A DNA stretch of 64,000 nt from a virus. The notes under the pieces were generated by a model. It was not told the origin of the DNA. It did no database searches and saw only the letters and a program-made list of their open reading frames with translations. Of the stretch, positions 29,033 to 38,997 are shown piece by piece; the stretch's first letter is position 1; each line of letters begins with the position of its first letter. The translations under genes were made by a program, and so were the position numbers. Location of the stretch: UHGV virus genome UHGV-0332176. The stretch is one strand, 5' to 3'.

Positions 29033-29341
29033 TTATTTTATTTTTGATAAATCAATAAGATTCATAAATTTATTTTTATATTTCCTATCACCATCAGTTA
29101 ATTCTTCATCTGTTTTTGATAAAAATTCATCAAAAACATAAGTTAAATAATTTTTAATTTCTTTTTCGTGGTCAACAATTGGTTTGCTGGAATATCCATC
29201 ATTAATAGATGGAATGCTAAATTCTGAAAATTTGGTTTTTAAATCATTGGCTAAAAAATCATTAATGTAAATTTTTAAAGGTTCTTTAAATTTATAAGTT
29301 TTTCTTTTATAAACAAATTTTTTAATTGGATATACAGCCAT
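29033..29341 (-). CDS. hypothetical protein
   Basis: 102 aa on the minus strand, operonic with 29350..29694. Confidence 0.45.
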   Translation of the reverse strand: MAVYPIKKFVYKRKTYKFKEPLKIYINDFLANDLKTKFSEFSIPSINDGYSSKPIVDHEKEIKNYLTYVFDEFLSKTDEELTDGDRKYKNKFMNLIDLSKIK

Positions 29342-29349
29342 TATTCACC

Positions 29350-29694
29350 TCAATCTAAATGTATTATCTTTCTTTTTATACGCTTTTCTGAAAGATTTTT
29401 CAATTTGATTCCTTCAAATCCAGATGTTATAATATAATCATTATTAGAGAGGTGTTGTTTGCAATATTCAAATTGTTCAAAAATATTTTGATAATAAAGA
29501 GAAATAGGAATGTTAGAAGAATTTTTCCACCAGTTATCAGCTAATCTAAAAAATTTTTCAATGTCCATTGGTTTAAGTTCTTGAAGATTATAAAAAGAAA
29601 TATAGTTTTTAGAAACAGATTGAATTAAACATATTGTTTTTGTTTCAAATTTTTTATTATATATTTCAGTTAAATATGGATATTTTTCTAACAT
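29350..29694 (-). CDS. hypothetical protein (late; TATAAATA upstream on the minus strand at 29716-29723)
   Basis: 114 aa. RBS (aggag) and a late-promoter motif. Confidence 0.5.
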   Translation of the reverse strand: MLEKYPYLTEIYNKKFETKTICLIQSVSKNYISFYNLQELKPMDIEKFFRLADNWWKNSSNIPISLYYQNIFEQFEYCKQHLSNNDYIITSGFEGIKLKNLSEKRIKRKIIHLD

Positions 29695-29772
29695 TTTTTC
29701 TCCTTAATATGAAAATATTTATAACCCAAAATCAAGGATTTCGTAATAGAAAAGTTTTTATAAAGGAATTTT

Positions 29773-30399
29773 ATGAATTGGAATATAGACAGAAATAAAA
29801 ATAAAATAATGATAGATTATTCATTATATTTAAAAAATATTAATAAACAAATAATTAGAAGAATTATAATTAAATCTATTAAAAGAATTTGTAATATTTT
29901 TCAAGTATCTATTAATCAAATAATATTTGACAATAATTTTATTATAGTTATAATAAATGAAGATAATGTTCCTGCGTTATTTGAATTTTTATATTCAATT
30001 AAAACAGCTTTAGAATTATATATTATTGAAAAGGAAAATAATATGAAAGATTTATATCAATTTAAATCTATGTCAGATTTAGAAAATGTAATTAATAAAA
30101 TGCGACTTAATTATGGAGATGAAGAAAATTCTTCGTTAACTGATACCTTTATTATTGAAGGAAATTCTGGATTAACTTATGGTTGGTTAAAAAATGTTGC
30201 TAAATATGTTGGTCCAACAAATGTATATATTGTAGAAAGTGATTATAACAATATTATGGAAGGTGATTTAGATTTCATTGATGAATTATATATTGATATA
30301 AAAAATATTGATTGGTTATCTCCGAAAAATTATGTTGATATTACTGCAAGTGAAATATCATTTGATAATAATGGTTTAATGAGATTATGGTGGGATTAA
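29773..30399 (+). CDS. hypothetical protein
   Basis: 208 aa. Confidence 0.5.
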   Translation: MNWNIDRNKNKIMIDYSLYLKNINKQIIRRIIIKSIKRICNIFQVSINQIIFDNNFIIVIINEDNVPALFEFLYSIKTALELYIIEKENNMKDLYQFKSMSDLENVINKMRLNYGDEENSSLTDTFIIEGNSGLTYGWLKNVAKYVGPTNVYIVESDYNNIMEGDLDFIDELYIDIKNIDWLSPKNYVDITASEISFDNNGLMRLWWD

Positions 30400-30779
30400 T
30401 GTGGTGGCAAATTTTTAAACGGTTTTGGCATTGTGATAAAACTAAATTAAGTATTCAAACTCAATTTAAAGCTGATATGCCTGATACAAAATATACTGCT
30501 GAAATATGTAACACAATAAAATTAGATGATTTATATTTTTCTGTTTATATATCTAAATGTTGGTATACTGATGGATATAGTGTTTATGGATATTCAATTA
30601 AATTTAATGATGAAGAAATTTGTATTTATGGAATAAAATATTTAATTTTATTTTCTTTAATAGAAATAGTTATTAATTATTATAATTGGAAAAAAGAAAT
30701 TATAAAAAAAATTAATCAAAAAAAAGAATATAAAAAAAGATTAAAAGAAATTACAAATAAAATTAAGGAAGGGGAATAA
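30387..30779 (+). CDS. hypothetical protein
   Basis: 130 aa. Confidence 0.45.
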   Translation: MVGLMWWQIFKRFWHCDKTKLSIQTQFKADMPDTKYTAEICNTIKLDDLYFSVYISKCWYTDGYSVYGYSIKFNDEEICIYGIKYLILFSLIEIVINYYNWKKEIIKKINQKKEYKKRLKEITNKIKEGE

Positions 30780-30781
30780 TT

Positions 30782-31174
30782 ATGGTATATTTAGAGGAAT
30801 TGTTGCCCGAGTTCAAAAAAGGGATAAAGATTAGACGGAAACCTTGGCGTGAGGGTAGATATATTAAATTAAAAGGATTGTACGCCAGAGATGAGTACGG
30901 CAACTGCTACTTTTTAGAACCTGATGAGATAGCAGCCGATGATTGGGAATTTTACCAAGAACCTATTGACTGGGACTACATCATCAAGAACAAGTGCTTA
31001 TGCTGGTTTTGGAATAATGATAATGAAGGTATTGGAAACGTTGGAATATTATCAGATGTTTGTCAAGAAATGGAGTATCCTTTTACCAGTTTTTATCAAG
31101 GAAATAAATTTATTTGGAAATTTTGTCGTCCTGTCTACCGAAACGAGGTAATTTTTTATAATAATAAACAATAA
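30782..31174 (+). CDS. DUF2829-like protein (Thoeris anti-defence Tad2-like)
   Basis: The N-terminal LEELLPEFKKGIKIRRKPWREGRYIKL and C-terminal EPDEIAADDWEF match the DUF2829 pattern (gKkvrR.gW..g.yi ... DllAeDWe). The first ~220 nt are visibly GC-richer than the flanks. Confidence 0.55.
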   Translation: MVYLEELLPEFKKGIKIRRKPWREGRYIKLKGLYARDEYGNCYFLEPDEIAADDWEFYQEPIDWDYIIKNKCLCWFWNNDNEGIGNVGILSDVCQEMEYPFTSFYQGNKFIWKFCRPVYRNEVIFYNNKQ

Positions 31175-31202
31175 AGCAATAAAAAGCTATCATTCTTTTT
31201 TA

Positions 31203-31210
31203 TATAAATA
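31203..31210 (+). promoter_or_regulatory. T4-type late promoter motif TATAAATA
   Basis: 27 nt upstream of the ATG at 31238. Confidence 0.5.
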
Positions 31211-31237
31211 TTATTATTAAATAAGGATGGTAAACGT

Positions 31238-32056
31238 ATGCAAAAAATATATTTGTTTGTAAAAAAAGGATATTATTATAATTTATCATCTGGTCAAACA
31301 GGAGAAACACGTATGTTTAATGTTCCAATGTATAATACAGATTTTAAATTATGGAAAGGTATTGATAATAAAATACAATTTTCTATTCGTGACCACGACC
31401 GTAAAGCATATCCTTTAAGAGATAGAGAAATCTTTTTAAATATTATAAATCCAAAATTAAACACTAAATTAGTTAAAAAATTATGGTGTTTAGATGCATA
31501 TAAAGGTTTATATGAAACGACAATAACGGAAGTTGAATTAAGAGATTTTGAACCAACTGCATATCAAGCATCAGTAATTACTAAAGACCCAGAAGGGTGT
31601 GAAGATATGTTATATACTGGTGTTGATTGGAATCCAATATTTAATATTATTGTTGAAGAAGGATTTAGAGATGTTTTTAAACCATCTATTGAATTAGACC
31701 CTTCAAAATTTTTACATAATTTTTATATCAATAGAGAAGACGGACAACGTTATGACTATTATGTTTCTTCAAGAATTAAAGCTGATGAAACAAATTCTCA
31801 TACAGCATCTATAACTGTTAAGGATTATTTTTTAGGAACAATAACTATGGAAGGTTCAGCTGAAGTTAATCCACAAGAAAATAGTGATATAGATTGGTTT
31901 CCAATAGAAACAAAAGAATATACTGATGAAACAAAAGTTGAAGCTGAAACATTTCAATTTAATAAACAATTAAATTGTATGTGGGTACGTTTTAAATATA
32001 CTATTAAATCAGCAAATTATAAGGGTATAGTTTCTGAAATTTTTTATAGAAATTAG
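31238..32056 (+). CDS. hypothetical late protein
   Basis: 272 aa. The stop overlaps the convergent gene 32053..32532. Confidence 0.5.
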   Translation: MQKIYLFVKKGYYYNLSSGQTGETRMFNVPMYNTDFKLWKGIDNKIQFSIRDHDRKAYPLRDREIFLNIINPKLNTKLVKKLWCLDAYKGLYETTITEVELRDFEPTAYQASVITKDPEGCEDMLYTGVDWNPIFNIIVEEGFRDVFKPSIELDPSKFLHNFYINREDGQRYDYYVSSRIKADETNSHTASITVKDYFLGTITMEGSAEVNPQENSDIDWFPIETKEYTDETKVEAETFQFNKQLNCMWVRFKYTIKSANYKGIVSEIFYRN

Positions 32057-32532
32057 ATTTCATAAACAATAAATTGTGGAGATTGTGCATATATATTCTC
32101 TTCAGTAAATTGAATAATTCCATCACCTAAAACATATTTAACTTTAAAGGTATAAGTTCCACTTGGAATTATATCTAAATATTGTAATGAAAATGGATTA
32201 TTTGAAGAAGCTGATGGAGAAACACAAGTTTGCTGACATAATAATGAATCATCTCTATAAAAATATATTTTAAACCAAGATGTACTATTGTTATTAGAAT
32301 TGGCATCTCCACAAGTTGATAAAAAAATTGGTCTTCCTTTTGATGTTATAACAATTTCTTTGATAATTTCTGGATTTGAACTTGATAATGTTGAACCATT
32401 TTCTAATTTAATCATATTATAATTGCGATTAAATTTATCATTTACATTAATTATATTACTTGTTAAATTATTTAATGTTTCTGTTAATTCATTAATACGT
32501 GAAATAGGTAATTTACTTGTATCATTCATCAT
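32053..32532 (-). CDS. small late protein, paralog family A
   Basis: The N-terminal MMNDTSKLPISRINELTETLNNL is paralogous to 47601 and 28545. Confidence 0.6.
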   Translation of the reverse strand: MMNDTSKLPISRINELTETLNNLTSNIINVNDKFNRNYNMIKLENGSTLSSSNPEIIKEIVITSKGRPIFLSTCGDANSNNNSTSWFKIYFYRDDSLLCQQTCVSPSASSNNPFSLQYLDIIPSGTYTFKVKYVLGDGIIQFTEENIYAQSPQFIVYEI

Positions 32533-32540
32533 TTAACCCC

Positions 32541-32569
32541 TTTGTTTGTATTTAATAAATACAAACAAA
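32541..32569. promoter_or_regulatory. 29-bp perfect palindrome upstream of minus-strand gene 32053..32532
   Basis: tttgtttgtatttaataaatacaaacaaa, identical to 48059-48087. Confidence 0.55.
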
Positions 32570-32599
32570 TATTTTAGTTAAAAAATAATGGTATAAATA

Positions 32600-33811
32600 C
32601 TAATAATCCCTTCTAAATTCATTTCCCCAAAAGTTATAATTACCACCAGTATTATAACCTTTAAAATATGATGCTCTGCCATATTTGTCATAAGTTTGAT
32701 AAGTTTTTTGTGATAAACTTATTGCCATTGAAACATCGTGTGTTTTATTTTTTGGATATTTATATACTAAATAATAATTTCCTCTATTTGTATGAACATA
32801 AATTCTATCATTTTTAGCATCATAAAATAAAGTTCCATTTAATTTTTGAGAATCTTTAACATTTTTACTATTTCCAACTCTAAATGTTGGAGCAACAGTT
32901 AATATTGCATCACGAACAGCAATATCTCCAACTGAACCCATACCATTTTTAGGAGCTTCATCAAAATAATAGATAACATTTGATGTTGATTTCCATTCAT
33001 CATCTATTTTTTTATATAATGTTTGTAAAATAGCAACACTTGAATACATACCATTAGTAAAGGTATATTGGGATAAATTATCAGATTTTGTTAATTGGGC
33101 AGCATTTATAAAAATACCATATGAATCATTAATAGTTGAAAATATAGGGTTATTATTTTTATCTAACAATTTAATAATACATTTTAAAATTAATGATGTT
33201 TTAAATTTTGCTGTAACATAGACCCTATAAATATCATCGCTAATTTTGGAAATTCCGCCATTATGTATTTGAATTTCTCCAAAATCAGTATCAATTTTTT
33301 GAACTGTAGCATTATTTTTTGAAATATCACATAAAACATTTACACCAAAAATTTCTTTATTATCCATTAAACATACAGCAATATTTGTTAATTCAACTGT
33401 TTTAACATATAAACTAAATGTAAAAGTTGATGTTAAATCATTATAAAAAATATATTCTGCTCTATGTTCTGCATTAACTGTTGATGATGTCATTTTTGAA
33501 CATTGATTATATGGAAATAAAACTAATGGTTCTTTGGTTATTTTTGTATTTGTTTTAATCCAATTAGGAGCATTAAAATTTTCTGAATATTTAATATAAT
33601 TGTATAATCTTATATATTTTGCATAATAATCACCATTAATACCAATATCATTTGTTGGTAATTTTTTTTCATTTTTATATAAATGTTGATTAATTGATTC
33701 CCATTTTGTTGTATTTTTTACCCATAATGAACCATCAAATGAAGGGAAAATTAAATCTTTTTTATGGTCAATATTAATTGAATTTTGCATATTAATCCTA
33801 TATTTTAACAA
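32600..33811 (-). CDS. hypothetical virion protein
   Basis: 403 aa on the minus strand with an RBS. Confidence 0.5.
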   Translation of the reverse strand: MLKYRINMQNSINIDHKKDLIFPSFDGSLWVKNTTKWESINQHLYKNEKKLPTNDIGINGDYYAKYIRLYNYIKYSENFNAPNWIKTNTKITKEPLVLFPYNQCSKMTSSTVNAEHRAEYIFYNDLTSTFTFSLYVKTVELTNIAVCLMDNKEIFGVNVLCDISKNNATVQKIDTDFGEIQIHNGGISKISDDIYRVYVTAKFKTSLILKCIIKLLDKNNNPIFSTINDSYGIFINAAQLTKSDNLSQYTFTNGMYSSVAILQTLYKKIDDEWKSTSNVIYYFDEAPKNGMGSVGDIAVRDAILTVAPTFRVGNSKNVKDSQKLNGTLFYDAKNDRIYVHTNRGNYYLVYKYPKNKTHDVSMAISLSQKTYQTYDKYGRASYFKGYNTGGNYNFWGNEFRRDY

Positions 33812-33917
33812 ATTTATAATAATATTTACCCACTTATTAAAACAAAATAGTTATTGACTTTTTCATTTTGATAATATAAATTAAGTAAATAAATTTACAA
33901 CAACTTAAAAAGGTTAA

Positions 33918-34622
33918 ATGAGAATATTAAAAAAACTTGGGTTTGTTGTTTTGTTTTTATGTATCTTTTCAACTCCATTGTTGTATTCATCATCGTATGC
34001 ACATACTTTTAATGGGTTACAGATGGAAAGTAATATTCAAACAAGTGACCTTCAAACTCAAAAGAAAAAAGAAATATTAGATATTCTTGAAAAAGAAAAT
34101 TTAATATTAACCGAAATAAAGGCGTTGAGGAAAGATAAGCAGGAAGATGTGGTGTGTCTTGCTTTGAATATGTACCACGAAAATAGGGGTTCCTCACTTG
34201 AAGACCGAATAGCATCAACATATGTTGTTTATAATAGGCAATATGATAAACCTTCTAAATCGTTATGTGATGTTATTTTTGAGAAATGGCAATTTTGTTG
34301 GACAAATAATACAAAAATTCCTGTTCCTAAAGAATTACAAGTATGGAATAAAATACAACAAGATGCTTATAAAATGTATTTAAATCCTAAGTTTAAAAAT
34401 TTGGCAAAAGAATTTCGTTTAAAACATTATGTTGCATCATATATGATACCAATGAAAAATAAGCCAAAATGGATTGATAAAAGATTATTTAAAATAGACA
34501 TTGGTAAACATTCTTATATATCATTGAATAAAGAAGATATGAAATATAAAGGTTCAATGATAAAAATTGTTCAACAAGGTAAACATTTATTAGAAAACAA
34601 AATATATATTAAAAAGAGATAA
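33918..34622 (+). CDS. secreted cell-wall hydrolase (SleB/Hydrolase_2 family)
   Basis: Signal peptide MRILKKLGFVVLFLCIFS. VVCLALNMYHENRGSSLEDRIASTYVVYNR matches the SleB-family motif (A..iY.EArgE....q.AVa.VvlNR). Confidence 0.55.
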   Translation: MRILKKLGFVVLFLCIFSTPLLYSSSYAHTFNGLQMESNIQTSDLQTQKKKEILDILEKENLILTEIKALRKDKQEDVVCLALNMYHENRGSSLEDRIASTYVVYNRQYDKPSKSLCDVIFEKWQFCWTNNTKIPVPKELQVWNKIQQDAYKMYLNPKFKNLAKEFRLKHYVASYMIPMKNKPKWIDKRLFKIDIGKHSYISLNKEDMKYKGSMIKIVQQGKHLLENKIYIKKR

Positions 34623-34642
34623 AGAAATTTATCTCTTTTTTG
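34611..34642 (+). terminator. rho-independent terminator
   Basis: aaagagataaagaaatttatctctttttt. Confidence 0.7.
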
Positions 34643-34723
34643 TTAATATAATACTTTATGCTTATACCTTTATAACACTTTATTTTTAAGTAAATATTTA
34701 AAGATATACTTAAAGGATAAAGA

Positions 34724-35038
34724 ATGAGTTTACAACAATATCAATGGAGAATTAAACCAAATAGATTATATGTTGTACGAAAATTAAATAGTTTAGTTTC
34801 TAACCAGCAAATAGAGCCAAATATAATGGTTAATGGTAAAGTAAATATTTACGGTTTGAATTCTGATGAAAAACCAACATTAATTGATGAAATGTGTTTA
34901 CCAATTGTTAATCATAATGTTTCTGGTTTTGCATCATTTGAAATTATACCAACATATTTATATTGTCGTGGAAATGCTGAAGATATTATTCTTACAGGTA
35001 TTGAAGTATTAGAAGATTTAGGTGAATTACAAGGATAA
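34724..35038 (+). CDS. hypothetical tail-fibre-module protein
   Basis: 104 aa preceding the fibre genes. Confidence 0.45.
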   Translation: MSLQQYQWRIKPNRLYVVRKLNSLVSNQQIEPNIMVNGKVNIYGLNSDEKPTLIDEMCLPIVNHNVSGFASFEIIPTYLYCRGNAEDIILTGIEVLEDLGELQG

Positions 35039-35040
35039 AA

Positions 35041-36219
35041 ATGGTAAAGTTATTCCAATACACAAATTATATAGATTATAATGAATTAATCAATAAACCA
35101 TTAATTAATAAAGTTGTTGTTGAAGGTGATAAATCATTAGCTGATTATGGTATTCAACCTGCTGGTAATTATGCTCATTTAAATGATAATGGAAAAGTAC
35201 CATTAGAAGAATTAGATGATTCTATTTTAGGTAATTTACAATTTCAAGATGTCTGGGATGCTAAAAATAATAATCCTCAATTACCATTAGTACCAACAAA
35301 AAAAGGTCAATATTGGATTGTTTCAACAGCAGGAGAACAATTTGGATTATCTTTTAATACGGGCGATTGGTTAGTTGCTGGTGATAGTGTATGGCAAAAA
35401 GTTGATAATTCAGATGCTGTTACTTCAGTTAATGGTAAAATTGGAAATGTTATTCTAACAGCTAATGATATTAATTATAATAATGAAACTGTTAGTGACG
35501 CTCTTGATTCTAAACAAAATCAATTAACAGCTGGTAAAAATATTAAAATTGAAAATAATATTATTTCTGCTGAATTTAATACAGCTATTATTGATTATAA
35601 TTTAACTTATAATAAACCATCAATTAATGGTGTTGAATTAATTAATAATAAAGCATTAGAAGATTTTGATATTCAAAGAACTATTAAAGCTGGAAATAAT
35701 GTTTATCTAACAAAATCTGAAACAGATAAAATGTTAGATACTATTAATGTATATGATGCAACTGAAACAAGAAAAGGTGTTTCTGAAATTGCAACTCAAG
35801 CAGAAGTAACAGCAGGAACAGATGATTTTAGATATATTACACCAAAAAAATTAAAAATTGTAACTGATGAAATTGATACAACTATACAAAATCAATATGA
35901 TACATTACATAGCGAAATAATTGAAGAATCACAAAGAGCAATTAGAGCAGAAAATTCTCTTTTATCTGAAATTCAATCAGAAGAACTAAGAGCATCAACA
36001 GCAGAAACTAATATTAATAATGATTTAACATCTCATAAAAATAATACAAATAACCCACATAATGTAACTGCTGAACAATTAAGTGTATATACAAAAACAG
36101 AAATTGATAATTTATTATCAACTATTAATACAAATTATCAAGAAATATTAAAAACAATTTCAGATTTAGATGCCCGTCTTACTAAAATGGAAACTAATAT
36201 TGATGGGGGCGGAGCTTAA
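35041..36219 (+). CDS. tail fibre protein with Phage_fiber_2-type repeats
   Basis: DYNELINKPLINKV.. is an N-terminal motif shared with 36866 and 38170. There is a coiled-coil-like C-terminus. Confidence 0.55.
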   Translation: MVKLFQYTNYIDYNELINKPLINKVVVEGDKSLADYGIQPAGNYAHLNDNGKVPLEELDDSILGNLQFQDVWDAKNNNPQLPLVPTKKGQYWIVSTAGEQFGLSFNTGDWLVAGDSVWQKVDNSDAVTSVNGKIGNVILTANDINYNNETVSDALDSKQNQLTAGKNIKIENNIISAEFNTAIIDYNLTYNKPSINGVELINNKALEDFDIQRTIKAGNNVYLTKSETDKMLDTINVYDATETRKGVSEIATQAEVTAGTDDFRYITPKKLKIVTDEIDTTIQNQYDTLHSEIIEESQRAIRAENSLLSEIQSEELRASTAETNINNDLTSHKNNTNNPHNVTAEQLSVYTKTEIDNLLSTINTNYQEILKTISDLDARLTKMETNIDGGGA

Positions 36220-36267
36220 CATTTAATAAATATTTTTATAAAATATATTTTATAAGGAAAAAGTAAA

Positions 36268-36855
36268 ATGATTCAAGGAACAAAAATTTATAGTGTATCT
36301 GTAGCTAATGCTGCTGGTTCTACAAATGAAGAAAAAGGATTTTTAGATAATAAAAAAGTATCTGATTATTCTGATTTTGATATTTCTACACAACCAGTTG
36401 AAGGTGAAACATTAGAACAATATAAAATTAAAGCTCGTGGATTGGTTAGATATAATCAAATGTGCTTAAATTTACAAAGAGGATTAGATTATTTAGGTGA
36501 AGTTGAAACAACTGGTGCAAATCATATTACTCCACCAACAAAATTAGAATTTAAAGTTGCTTATAGTCAACCAGATGGTTTATGTGTTCAAGTTGCTGAT
36601 TCTGATTATGAAGAAGATGAGGAAATTTTTAAAACACGAGATGGCAGAGTATTCTTTAAAGGAACAAAAGCAATTAAACGTTTAATTGCTATGGTATTAG
36701 TTGATGATTATACTGTTATTGCTAATTATTTTGATAATACTAAAACTCCATCAGGAAATCCATTAGGTTGGCAATTAAAAGAATTAGTAGTTAAAGGTCC
36801 AATTGCTGATTTAGAAACTGCTGAAGCATTAGTAACAGTAACTGAACTTTTATAA
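36268..36855 (+). CDS. hypothetical virion protein
   Basis: 195 aa. Confidence 0.5.
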   Translation: MIQGTKIYSVSVANAAGSTNEEKGFLDNKKVSDYSDFDISTQPVEGETLEQYKIKARGLVRYNQMCLNLQRGLDYLGEVETTGANHITPPTKLEFKVAYSQPDGLCVQVADSDYEEDEEIFKTRDGRVFFKGTKAIKRLIAMVLVDDYTVIANYFDNTKTPSGNPLGWQLKELVVKGPIADLETAEALVTVTELL

Positions 36856-36865
36856 GGAGTAAATA

Positions 36866-38152
36866 ATGGCTAATGAAAATGCAACTAAAATTCAATTAAG
36901 ACACGATTCATCTGCAAATTGGTTTGCTAATAATCCAATTTTAGCTGAAGGTGAAGTTGGTATTGAAATTGATAAAAATAGAATGAAAGTTGGTAATGGT
37001 GTAAGTCATTACAATGATTTAGAATATTTTTCTGATACTGTTGATTATAATGAATTAATTAATAAACCACAAATTAATAGTATCGGTTTGATGGGTAACT
37101 TATCTTTACACGAATTAGGTATTCAAGCAGAAGGCGATTATGCAACTGTATTAACTTTAACAGAAGGTTTATCAGAAAAAGCTGATAAAGCTGATACTTA
37201 TACTAAAACTGAAATTGATACTGAATTTTCTTCACTTATTAAAGTTCCAGCTATTGATGGACACGATGGAGAATGGTTAACTAATAAAGATGGAGTAGTT
37301 AAATGGGAAAATCTTGGTGATTCAGTTGTTACTAATGAAGAATTAACAACTGCATTAGAACCATATGCTTTAAAAACTAATATACCTACAAAAAATTCTC
37401 AATTAGAAAATGATTCTGACTTTGTAACTTTAACTGAATTAGCAGAATCTGATTATGTAACAAATACAAATTTAACAACTAAATTAGGTGAATATGTTAC
37501 TAATACTGCATTAGCTGAAGAAGGATATGCAAAAAATAGTGAATTAGCTCAAGTTGCAAAATCAGGTTCATATAATGATTTAACAAATAAACCAACTATT
37601 CCAACTGTTCCTGAAAATATTACAACTCAAGGAAATACTTTTAACGGAGCTAATCAATTAGTAAAATTAGAAGCTGATGGTAAATTACCAGCATTAGATG
37701 GAAGTAAATTAACTGGAATAAGTTCTGGAACATCTGATTATTCTGTATTATCTAATAAGCCACAAATTAATTCAGTTGAATTATCAGGTAATAAAACATT
37801 AGACCAATTAGGAATTCAAGCTAAAGGAGATTTTGCAGTTAAATCAACTACATTATCTGGATATGGTATTACAGATGCATATACAAAGACTGAATCTGAT
37901 AATAAATATGCAACTCAAACTTCTTTGAATTCTTATTTAACAACTGCATCAGCTTCTACAACTTATGCTACTAAAACAGAATTAGTAGATAAAGCTGATG
38001 TTGAAGATATTCCACAAGGAAATCAATTAATGGCTGGACAAGCTCCTACTGTTGCCGATATTAGTGCAGAAACAGTTACAGATATTCCAGGTTTAATTAG
38101 TGCAATTAATGCAATTTTAGCTCAATTAAGAACACGTAATGTTATTGAATAA
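36866..38152 (+). CDS. tail fibre protein (repeat-containing; paralog of 38170..38925)
   Basis: Repeats YTKTEIDTEF, LSEKADKADTYTKTE and SNKPQINSVELSGNKTLDQLGIQAKG. The C-terminus LAQLRTRNVIE is shared with 38170. Confidence 0.6.
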   Translation: MANENATKIQLRHDSSANWFANNPILAEGEVGIEIDKNRMKVGNGVSHYNDLEYFSDTVDYNELINKPQINSIGLMGNLSLHELGIQAEGDYATVLTLTEGLSEKADKADTYTKTEIDTEFSSLIKVPAIDGHDGEWLTNKDGVVKWENLGDSVVTNEELTTALEPYALKTNIPTKNSQLENDSDFVTLTELAESDYVTNTNLTTKLGEYVTNTALAEEGYAKNSELAQVAKSGSYNDLTNKPTIPTVPENITTQGNTFNGANQLVKLEADGKLPALDGSKLTGISSGTSDYSVLSNKPQINSVELSGNKTLDQLGIQAKGDFAVKSTTLSGYGITDAYTKTESDNKYATQTSLNSYLTTASASTTYATKTELVDKADVEDIPQGNQLMAGQAPTVADISAETVTDIPGLISAINAILAQLRTRNVIE

Positions 38153-38169
38153 ATTAAAGGAATAATTAT

Positions 38170-38925
38170 ATGACAGAAAGAATTGATATTAAATATGTAT
38201 TAAAAGATACAAAAGCAAATTGGACAAGTTTTAATCCAATTTTATCAAAAGGTATTATGGCTTATGAAACTGATACAAATTTAATTAAATTATTTGATGG
38301 TGTTTCTGATTATAATTCATTAGCATATATTGGTGGAACAGGTGGTTCATCTACACCAACTGATTATGCATCTTTATCTAATAAACCACAAATTAATTCA
38401 GTTGAATTATCAGGTAATAAAACATTAGACCAATTAGGAATTCAAGCTAAAGGTAATTATTTGGTTTCATCTGATTTAAATAATTATGCTTTGAAATCTG
38501 AATTACCTACAAATACAAGTGATTTAACAAATGATTCTGGATTTTTAACATCTATTCCTTCAGAATATGTTACTGAAACAGAATTAAATAGCAGTTTAGA
38601 AGATAAAGCTGATACTGCAACAACTTTATCTGGATATGGTATTACAGATGCATATACAAAAACTGAAGCTGATGGTAAATATGCAACAAAAACTGAATTA
38701 TCTAATAAAGCTGATACAAGTGCATTATCTAATTATGCAACTACATCTGCTTTAACAGAAGGATTAGCAGAAAAAGCCGATACAAGTGCATTACCTGCTT
38801 CAACTTCTTTAATGAATGGAACTGCTCCTTCTGTTGCTGATTTTGCAGGAGCTGATGCAGAAGGATTAAAAACAGAATTAAATGCATTTTTAGCCCAACT
38901 TAAAACTCGTGGTGTAATTGCATAA
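38170..38925 (+). CDS. tail fibre protein (paralog of 36866..38152)
   Basis: Shares a 77-bp near-identical DNA block (38377-38453 versus 37751-37827) and the C-terminus LAQLKTRGVIA. Confidence 0.6.
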   Translation: MTERIDIKYVLKDTKANWTSFNPILSKGIMAYETDTNLIKLFDGVSDYNSLAYIGGTGGSSTPTDYASLSNKPQINSVELSGNKTLDQLGIQAKGNYLVSSDLNNYALKSELPTNTSDLTNDSGFLTSIPSEYVTETELNSSLEDKADTATTLSGYGITDAYTKTEADGKYATKTELSNKADTSALSNYATTSALTEGLAEKADTSALPASTSLMNGTAPSVADFAGADAEGLKTELNAFLAQLKTRGVIA

Positions 38926-38946
38926 TAAAAATTTAAATTGTATAAA

Positions 38947-38984
38947 TAAAAACACTTATGTTATATTTCATAAGTGTTTTTTAT
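38947..38984 (+). terminator. rho-independent terminator
   Basis: aaaacacttatgttatatttcataagtgtttttt. Confidence 0.7.
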
Positions 38985-38997
38985 TGGAGAAAAATAA

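Noticed and set aside
30939-31151. ORF 30939..31151 inside the DUF2829 gene
   Set aside because: Alternate-frame ORF inside a gene with a clear domain match.
34009-34221. Minus-strand ORF inside the SleB-like gene
   Set aside because: Antisense artefact.
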